Shown here: in pieces, positions 39,307 to 64,000 of the stretch | Layout: each line of letters opens with the position of its first letter | Numbering within the stretch: position 1 is the first letter of the stretch | NCBI RefSeq assembly: GCF_009914755.1 | Contig: NC_060941.1 | Reading direction: 5' to 3' (one strand) | Origin: the human T2T-CHM13v2.0 reference genome, Homo sapiens | DNA length: 64,000 bases | Notes under the pieces: model-generated | Databases searched by the model: none | What the model saw: the letters and a program-made list of their open reading frames with translations, nothing else | What the model was told of the DNA's origin: nothing | Position numbers and translations under genes: made by a program

Positions 39307-44795
<5,489 letters not shown>

Positions 44796-44873
44796 GGTGT
44801 CCGGAGGCTGGAGCCTTTGTTTCTGCGGTGATGCTCTGATGGTGAACGGCCTACTCAAACAGCTTGGTTTGCC

Positions 44874-45120
44874 TTTATATACACATTATTAGGGTGTTTC
44901 TTGATGAGCTTTGCTCATAGCCAAATGATGTTTGCCAGCTCATTGTGAATTATCCATAATGGGGTGATTTTTTTTTTTTTTAATGAATGGCTTTACCATA
45001 CTGTGTCCATTTCTGTAGGTGGATAGTTATTGTGGGGTTATTTGTTATCTCTGGAGTTGGACAGGGTGGAGTATTATCAGGATTATTATAGTGATGCATT
45101 TCAAATTTAGTATGAGTAAC
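44874..45120 (-). promoter_or_regulatory. KRT27 proximal promoter
   Basis: TATATAAA 44874-44881; taatggggtgatttt 44957-44971; AGATAA 45045-45050; tgagtaa 45113-45119. Confidence 0.78.
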
Positions 45121-45861
45121 TCTTCCTGTCTTCCAGGCTTCAGGAATGCATAATACCTATAAGAATAAAAAAGTATGATAGACAGATTTCTCTTTCCCTT
45201 GCTCAAATCAGCATTGCATTTTCTTCAGCAATGAAGTATCATAGTATCAGAAGAAGGAGGGGAGGTCCTAAAGGAAAACTGAGGCATTAAAGGGAATCTT
45301 CTTTGGAGACAGAAAGTGTTCCTTTGATCCTTATCCTTCCTGAATTACCATTTCATCTGTACTGGTTTTCTGTCTAAGTTCCATTGCTAACCAGGTTAAG
45401 TAAAGGAATTGGTCACCTCCTCGGGCCTCAGTTTCCACATCTGTAAAGTGAAGGGTCTAGACTGTGGTCTCTATATTCACTTTCTGTCTGTAGATTGCTC
45501 ATATTTCTGCATTCCTTCTATTGGCTGTCCATTTCCATAGCACTTTTCTGCATTGCTTCTTGTACTTTTCACCTCTTAACTTATTTCTGAATCGTGGTCC
45601 CACTATTTTACTGAAATTAACCTCTCAGACATCACTGCACATCTCTAATCATCATTTCTTTTATTTTTTCCCCTATACCCTCTTGGTTACATTCAATACT
45701 GACAACCTCAGTCTGATGAGTCTGATCGAGTTTCAGACAGTTGCTTTCTAAGAAATTTTCTACATCTCATGTTGCTCCCCTTTTCTCTTCCACTTATAGC
45801 TCCTGTGCCCTACCTTTGTCATTTCTTATAGTTTTGTGCTTGGTATTTACGACTCTCTCTC

Positions 45862-46150
45862 TTTTTTTTTTTTTTTTTGACAGGGTCTCGTTTTGTCACC
45901 CAGGCCAGAGTGCAGTGACATGATCACAGCTCACTGCAGCCTCAACCTCCCAGGCTCAAGTGATCCTCCCACCTCAGCCTACCAAATATCTGGGACTACA
46001 GGCACACGCCACTATGCCTGGCTAATCTGTGTATTTTTTTGTAGAGTTGGGGTTTGCCATGTTGTCCAGGCTGGTCTTGAATGCCTGGGCTCGACAGATC
46101 CTCCCACCTTGGCCTCCCAAAGTGCTGGGATTATAGGCAGGAGCCACCTC
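45862..46150 (-). mobile_element. Alu (AluJ-like)
   Basis: Full antisense Alu. Confidence 0.9.
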
Positions 46151-46562
46151 ACTGTCTTAATGTAAATTTTCCCGCACTGACTTGTCCGTTCTGTTTTACT
46201 ACTTCCCTCTTTCCCATCTCTTTGCCTTTGTTCATGTTATTCTTTCCACCTGGTTTTCTTCTTCAGACTAAAAATTATAACAAATCATTTGAGATCTTGC
46301 ATTTGCCAAGAATGATTGACATCACTTTCAATTACCTAGATTGAAAATGAAGTTGGCAAAAATATAAATTTTCATGACTTAATAAATGAGCTTGCGGAAA
46401 AAAAGCCAGAAAGATTTGTCAATCAATTTAATACATTATTAAAGTATTATGGTTTATTGTTTTACATAAAATTAGGACACCAAAACATTATTTCTTTGCT
46501 GTTTGTAGTTTATGCTGTTATATATGTGTACCCGTTACTTCATTACATGTTATAAATAATAA

Positions 46563-46892
<330 letters not shown>

Positions 46893-47487
46893 CTATTTTA
46901 ATATTTCTAACTGAACTTTTTTTCTGACTTTTCAACAGGAGACCTCACATTTTCATTTTGCACTGGGCCTTGTAAATTATGTAGCCAGCCCGAATTGTTG
47001 GGTCTCTCTGAGGAAGCTGAAGAATCTCAGAGAAAATACCTCCAGATAGAATTGTTTGAGTGTTCTCCACAAAAAGGGAGCTCACTGTACAACCACTCTG
47101 GAAGGAAACACAGACACTTCACACAAAGCTTTCAAATGTTTAAGGTCTTACTCAAAACGAACATAATTTAAAATATCACGATACATTGAAAAACACTCCA
47201 ACAAGAAAGACAGAGACTCAAACAAACAAAAAATAGCACTCAGGGGAAACAGAGATAATGAAGAACGTTGAAGAAAACTTTAAAAAAGAAACTACCTATA
47301 ATTATTACTTTCAGAAGTAACAAAAATACTGTATATTTAAAACATGGATAGAACATCATTAAAATTGAACAGGAAGCACATAAAAGACCTCTTAGAATTA
47401 AAAACTAAGTCCCAAAAGAAAACTTCAATAGATGAATTGGAAAATAAATTTAAAAAAAAACTCCCCAAAATTAGAACAAAAAGATGA

Positions 47488-48298
<811 letters not shown>

Positions 48299-48332
48299 AG
48301 ATAAAAGAAAATATTAGAAAATGAGAGACTTG

Positions 48333-48733
<401 letters not shown>

Positions 48734-48978
48734 TTATTTTATAAACATATTTTCTGAAATACTACTCAGAACTAAACAACTGAGCTTCTAAATTCAAAGA
48801 GACCACCAAGAACCATGAATGATAAATGAAAAACATCCACAGTGAGGCACATCCACAGGATCTTTCAGAGAACCATGGCTGGGGGCGGGGGCGACAAACA
48901 AACACTTAAAATGTCAGGAGCAAAACCAACACATATTCAATTTTAGGAAAGCCATCATTCTAGTGAAGAATGCTTTCA

Positions 48979-49333
<355 letters not shown>

Positions 49334-50020
49334 CTAAGGTTTGTCACCTCATTTCTAAGTTTTTTTCTAATTGTGACTTATGTAGAGAACCAAAATTCTC
49401 TACTTTAACAACCACAAGTGAGGGTGGAATAAAAATCTTTTCCGACATGAAAGGTCTCAAAAAAATTATCTCTTTTGCACATTTTGTCAGGAAGCCACTA
49501 GAGAGAAAAACATGAAAAAGGAAAACTTAGGTTCCTGGAAATGGAGTTCCAATGTGAGCGCACTGAGTGAGTGTTCCCACATGACAGCTGGGTAGCAGGC
49601 TTAAAAAACAGCCAATGTTGCATAGGAGGACAGGAGATTCTGAAAGTGAGCACTTCAGGGGGATAGATGAAAATGATATCTTGGTAGTTTTAATTGCATA
49701 AGAAAGTGGCATGAGAGATAAAGATACGGAGAAAACAGGGGTTAAACTACTTAGAAAATCGTTCTAACTTTAACTCTAAACTAAGGGTCCTCCATGAATT
49801 CAGAAGGGAACGGAACGGCCTAGATCCTGTGAATTCTCAAAACTGACCAGCCATGGTTCCCTCCTGGGAGAGCAACCCACGACAAGGAGAAACTGCTAGG
49901 GGAAGAATCAAAATTATTCAGGAGAGGGTCACAGAGAGGAAGGAAACAGAAGGTCTAGATACAAGTGGAGGAGGGAAAAAAAGACAGGAAATTTCAGAAA
50001 TCAAGCCAATGTATTTTTGA

Positions 50021-50409
<389 letters not shown>

Positions 50410-52156
50410 TAAGGAACATGAATTGGCAATAAAACCAAGCAAAAGAAAAGGATTGAAGTAAAATCCCGGGAAATGTTAATACAAGATAATAAGGATGAGG
50501 AGCAGCATAGTGTCCCTATAGAAAATGAAAGCATACCGGAAAGACATGCCTACAAAACTGAGTAAGATACAACCCACCATTTCAAAGTGACTTAAAATCG
50601 CTAAAATGATAAAAGAAAAAAAAATTCCCATAAACCAGAATTAGAAAAAAACTTAGAAATGAGGTGACAAACCTTAGGAAATGATTAGAAATAAAAGGAC
50701 AAAAACCTAATTAAACTAAGATACAATCACAGAAAATGAGAAATTTAGGGGAAATCAGTCACCAGAAGAAAGACATATTCTGGAAATAATCTTAAATAAA
50801 ATATTAGCAAATACAATTCATTAATATATTAAATAGCAGAAAATATCCCAAGGAAGTTTTTCACCAGAAATGACAATGACTCAATATGATATGTAGCAGA
50901 TAAAAGTGTCCTATGACAGAAACCATATGATCACCTTAAAAGTACTAGAAGAAAATGTGGGTCCCAGCAGTTGTAAAACTCAGAACCTATGATGGAAATT
51001 TTTATAAATATGACAATGAATTATACATTCCTATATGATGACAAAAATCGAAAGAAAAATAGAAATGTCAAAACATTTGCTACACCCAGTAACAAGTGGC
51101 AATTTATTTCCCTTGCAAAAAGCTCCCATAAATCTTGGGTTTTTGTTAAAAGAAGGAATAGCAGCGTGTAGTTTTTGCTTTAACAACCACTCGAGTACAG
51201 TGGTTGCATTCCTTTTTCTCCAGATGGAGACTGATTTTTGGGAAGTACTTTCAGTGTAGTAACCCAATTCAGCAAAAAGCAGGATGAAGCTTCAAGGATT
51301 GGAGAAGAACAGGCAATCATTAGCAGAATGTGTAAAGAACTCAGGAGCCCTAGAATTCCGCCCAGCAAAGGAAAATCAGTGAACCGAAGGCCATAGTCTG
51401 TTTTTATAAGCCAAGGAAGGAAGGACAGATTTAAGACCCAAAAGCCTGAGGACAAGATGTTTCCTCCCATCCTGTGGACTCAACAGAACTTAAAGGAAAC
51501 TTATCCAGAATTTAATTTTACTCCCATTCCTTTGCTGAATAGATACACAGTTAATTCTGGTTTATTTGTTTCAGCAAGAAATGGTGAATTTATAGTTATC
51601 TTTTCAAGTCAACTGTCCCCTCACCACAAAGTGTAGTGTGCACTTTCTGTGCTGTAATGGGCCTTGCCTTGGAAAGCAGGCCACCATGAAGACAGTTAAA
51701 AAAAAATCAGTGTGTCATGAGCATACCTGATAAGCAGGTCTGGCATCACAGGCATAAAGCCTGTGTGTGCAGCTGCACAAGGTCTCATGTTCAGAAAGGC
51801 CCCACATTTGGATTAATGCTCTCCCGTTACTGTCTTGAAAATCTTAGTTTCAAGATGGTAACAGAACTTTATCTTTTAACCTGTCTCTTGTTAGTGAATT
51901 CTGTTGGGACCATGGGGGCATACAAGTGAGCATAGAAGTATGCCAGATATGTTTGCCTGCAGGTGCTCCTTACTGTCTCAGGGGCATATGCCCATGTGCC
52001 CAACATTCTGGTGGATCCACAAGGTGCAGGAGTCTAACAAAACCCAAAGCAAGTACAAGGTAAGTATATTGTGTCTTTGACTGAGTAATCCCAATCTCTG
52101 TCAAACCCAAGAAGCCAGGCTTTCCATTCAAACCAGAACTTGCTCTCTGAGTATAG

Positions 52157-52506
<350 letters not shown>

Positions 52507-52900
52507 TATCATATAGTTTTTTCTGCTGCTTTCCTGCTTGCCTGTGTTGCCAACTGCATAAGTGGAAAATGATGACATAGAAAGATCAAACAATCCATAG
52601 TTCCTTTTCCTTTCAGTCTTTTTACTCATTGGTAAACCAAAGGTAGAGAATGCTGGTAGAAGGTGGGTATATACAGAAGTGAAATAAAAACAATTGAGTT
52701 TGTTTTGTGCAGTGTTTCCACTGTTTTGGTAGGAACAAAATACATATGCATGTATGAGCTACAAATTATGAATTGTGTGATTTTGGGGATTCTGTATACA
52801 AGTTAAATGTTCTTTTGCTTGGATTTCAAACTGGCATGGCACAATATAAAAACTCATAGTAACATGTATGCCAATAATTTAGAACTTTAATTTTTCATTA

Positions 52901-53259
52901 TGATATGGTTTGGCTCTGTACCTCCACCCAAATCTCACCTTGAATTGTAATCCCCATGTGTTGAGACAGGGAAGTGATTGGATTATGGGGGTGGTTTCCC
53001 CCTGGTGTTCTCTGAGATAGTGTGAATTCTCACGAGATCTGATGGTTTTATAAATGGTAGTTTTTCCTGTGCCCTCATACACTCTCCCTTTCCCGCCACT
53101 ATGTGAAGAAGGTCTTTGCTTCCCTTCACCTTCTGCCATGACTACAAGTTTACTGAGGCCTCCCCAGCCATATGGAACTATGAGTCAATTAAACCTCTTC
53201 TTTATAAATTACCCAGTCTCAGGTAGTTTCTTTATAGCAGTGTGAGAATGGACAAATAC
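52901..53259 (+). mobile_element. MSTA/THE1-type MaLR LTR
   Basis: tgatatggtttggctctgt ... tctttatagcagtgtgagaatggacaaataca. Confidence 0.85.
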
Positions 53260-53865
53260 ACTTTACTTAGAACAAAACTAAATAGCAAAAAAAAAAAAAA
53301 AAAAAAAGAAAAGAAAAAAAAAGAAAGGAAACAAAACAGCAACAACAACAACAACAACAGAAAACCCCAAATCAAAACAACAAAATCCAGGACAAATTGA
53401 AAACATAAATGCAGATGCAAGGAAACAGCTTGATATTTTAGTGCCTTTGGGTGATACATTTTTCCTGATTGTTGAACAAGGAATCCTATGTTTTCATTTG
53501 GCGCTAGGTCCTGAAAATTATGTAGCTGGCCCTGAATATTGTACATTTGGAAATCATTTCTCTGTGGATTTCTAGTATTTGCTTCATTTGATGGCTTTTG
53601 GCTGAAGATTTTGTAAATATCTCATTCTTTGCCACTTCTCTGAATCCCATGTGACTGGAGGATTGTGAGACAGAATTCCTTCTCTTGCTGGAGATTTTCA
53701 CTGGAATCAGGCCATATACCAGAGAAATAAAGGAGCTGCTTTCCTTTTAGGCAATTTAATATTTGTTGGGAATTCCTACCATACATTTTGATCCAGAAAG
53801 GTATAAATAGTCATAATCACAAGAATCATGATGTTCATCAGCCTCATGGGGCTTCACATTCGAGA

Positions 53866-54173
53866 ACAGGTGTTGGTGGGTTAAATTTGGCCTGCTATGT
53901 GTTTTTGTACAGACTGTGAGCTAGGAATGGTTTTACATTTTTAAATGGTCAAAAAAAGTTAAAAGAAGAAGAATATTCCACGACAGGTAAAAATATTTAC
54001 AATTCAAATTTGAGCATTAATAAATTAAGTTTTATTGGAACACAGTCATGTTCATTCATTCATCTATTGTCTACGGCTGAGGTTTGTAGTTGAAATAGAG
54101 ACTTTACGGCCTGCCATGCCTAAAATATTTACTATCTGGGTCTTCACAAAAAAAGCTTCTGACCCCTGTTCTA
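53866..54173. mobile_element. MER58-like hAT DNA transposon
   Basis: aaatttggcctgc ... ttttattggaacacagtcatg ... ctaaaatatttactatctgg ... tgacccctgttctag. Confidence 0.7.
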
Positions 54174-54577
54174 GGAAAAGTGTCACTAACACAAGCCATA
54201 TTGCTGTGGATTTTTCCGGAGATTATCCTGTTTAGACGAGGAATGGTATCCTGGGTATTGTGGAAAGAAGAGTTTGAGAGAGGCTCTTGGTAAAATACCA
54301 GGAATGCGTCATCTAGTGGTGAGACTTTTCAGTCACAGGAGAATTTCTGAAGTTTTTGATTATTTGCCCACATAGACACGATGTGATTTAAAGATTATGC
54401 ATAGTGAATGTTTCATATTCAAATGCCATGTGGCGGTATTGACTATTATTTAAAACAACAGTGAAAGGCAATTAAAATATATTCCACAAGTGTTTCTCTA
54501 TGAATGAGACATAGAAAAAAATCACAAATAGTTATTTATTAGTCATCAGTGAATGGAAATGAATGCACATCAACTTT

Positions 54578-54587
54578 TTTATTTATT
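54578..54587 (-). terminator. KRT28 overlapping polyadenylation signals AATAAATAAA
   Basis: tttatttatt on plus strand, about 160 nt after the stop codon. Confidence 0.75.
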
Positions 54588-54746
54588 GGAAACAAACACT
54601 CAATATCCTGTAAAACTAAGAAAACAGGTATTTTTGCTAAGTAATGTATCTTTAAAAGTAAAAAGTGTGTATATTCTCTCTGATATTTAGAATAATGCAA
54701 TTGTACAGGATCCTTTCCCAAATTATTCTTTTCTCTAAAATGACAG

Positions 54747-62213
<7,467 letters not shown>

Positions 62214-62300
62214 GGTGTTTTGAGAAATGTTCACCTTGTCTATGCAAAACTGTAATGTCCCAAGAGAACAGAATATCATGCACTGATAATTTCTTTGGGT

Positions 62301-62525
62301 TTTTATATATCATTATTGGGGCGTTCCTATTTGAGTTATACATGCCAAAAGCAAAATGGCATCACTTAGATTAGCATAAAATTATGTATAATTGGGTGAT
62401 TTTAAAAATAATTAATGTCTAACATCCCTCGGTGTTGCTTTGGGCTATTTCTTATCTTAAATATAATAGGGTTTGTTCTATATTAAGTTTATTAATTTAA
62501 CTTCTAATTTTGAGTGAGTAATCCT
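62301..62525 (-). promoter_or_regulatory. KRT28 proximal promoter
   Basis: TATAAAA 62301-62307; taattgggtgatttt 62389-62403; AGATAA 62452-62457; tgagtaa 62515-62521. Confidence 0.78.
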
Positions 62526-62849
62526 TTCCTTTCATCTAGACCCTAGGCATATACTGTCATTATCTGGCGCCAGGTATTATCAAATTTTTTATAAAGTTAA
62601 GTAAGATTATGATAGAGTTCTGTGAGGTACAGTAGGGTCTCAATTACCATGGAGGGGTATAAAGGACTGCTAATTACAGAAACAGATATTTTATCCCACC
62701 AGAAAAAAATGTGTTATTTAGAAAACAGAGGCTAGTGACATCTCTGTTCTTACCATGATTATAACATCTATTTATTATCTTGGACAATGACACAAATATT
62801 GACCTATTATTTTGTTTAAAATAGCATGGTTATGATGTTTGGTGCTCTA

Positions 62850-64000
62850 TGCTAAGTGCTAAAATGAAAGACATAGTGTTAACTAAATGCAGAAGTGAAA
62901 AATGCGTGATTACAATCTTTAAGAAATCTATTGTCAGGTCCAGACAGGGGCTGGATCATGGTTAGCTTTCTGTGCTGGTCTAAAGAGTTTGTAATGAATC
63001 CTAAGTAAAAAGCAGAGGGCAAAATGATCAGGTTGAAATGAAACAAGGTGGTCAATTACAAGGTTGGAATAATGGTCCAGGTGAGAAGGATGAAGGCAGT
63101 GGGGATGCAGAGAAGATGGCTTTGAGAGCATATGGTAATATGATTGAATTTGGAGAGTAGGGAATAAGGCAGAATTGGGGATAACTCTTAGGTAATTAAT
63201 TTTAGATTCTGGGAACTCATAATATTCACTGAGATGGGGAATAGAGGAGGAGGAAGACACTGAGTTTAGGTTTGGACCAACTGGATTTGAGGGGTTGCCA
63301 GAATGTTCCAGATGAAGGTGACTGATAGCAAGAATGACTGTTTAGAATATGTATACTGAACTGGAAAAATACTTGACTAGCAATGAGTAAAAGAAAATTG
63401 GAGGGTCCAGCTCTCATTTATAATGATGTTCAACTGCATATTTGGAAGTAATCCTGGTGCAGGAATAGAAAGGATGATGATCAGATTGATGTGGGTTTTG
63501 GGATTTGAAGACAGGTCCAGAAGAAGGAAATAGTGGCAAAGAAATTTCTGGTGTTCTTGAGAAAACAATTGAGGCGATTGACTGTATGATCATATAGCAA
63601 GAAGAAAGTAAAACCAGAGGGACAGATGGACTGAAGAAAAGGGCAGAGGGTGAGTCATTGGGTATCCTTATGAGGTCATGGAGCAGGCGGAGTGTGAGGA
63701 GGAGATTGATAAAGGTGAAGGATGACAGGCTAAAATTGGATAGTGGAAACCAGAATTTAGAATTTTAAAGTAGGCACAACTCCAGGTGTCACCAAAGTCC
63801 ACAGAGTAGTCATGGGAGTGGACCAACAGTCACTGGAACAAGAAGTCAGAAGTGGATTGGACCTGAAAGGCAAGAGAGTAGGAGGTCAGGAACTATCTGT
63901 CTGTGACATTAAATGTACCATCTATAAAGGCGTGAAGTTTCTCATGATGGCAGGAGACAGGAGGGAAGTGGGCTGTGAGCCATTGTCAAGGTTTTTGGAT
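62850..64000 (-). mobile_element. Degenerate L2
   Basis: Purine-rich L2 body (aataatggtccaggtgagaagg ... cactgagatggggaatagaggagg ... gagtttaggtttggac). Confidence 0.6.

Overview
Human (or great-ape) genomic DNA from the type I keratin cluster (17q21.2 by recognition). It holds four intact, tandem, minus-strand inner-root-sheath keratin genes: KRT25, KRT26, KRT27 and KRT28. I assembled each from 8 GT-AG exons (internal exons 83/157/162/126/218 nt), giving 450, 468, 459 and 464 aa. The rest is mostly Alu, L1, L2, MIR, LTR and hAT-transposon sequence. Repeat family names come from remembered consensus sequences and their boundaries are approximate. I found no new protein-coding gene or clearly novel system. 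The most notable signals are: (1) exon-restricted gene conversion (KRT25 and KRT28 exon 6 match at 148/149 nt), which KRT26 escapes; (2) an AluYd-type insertion that creates inverted-Alu pairs around KRT27 exons 2 and 3; (3) a promoter module at fixed spacing in all four genes; (4) a local duplication that preserves the empty site of a THE1 LTR; (5) in-frame, stop-free intron 4 in KRT26 and KRT27; (6) independent retroelement insertions just after the exon 7 donor in KRT25 and KRT28.
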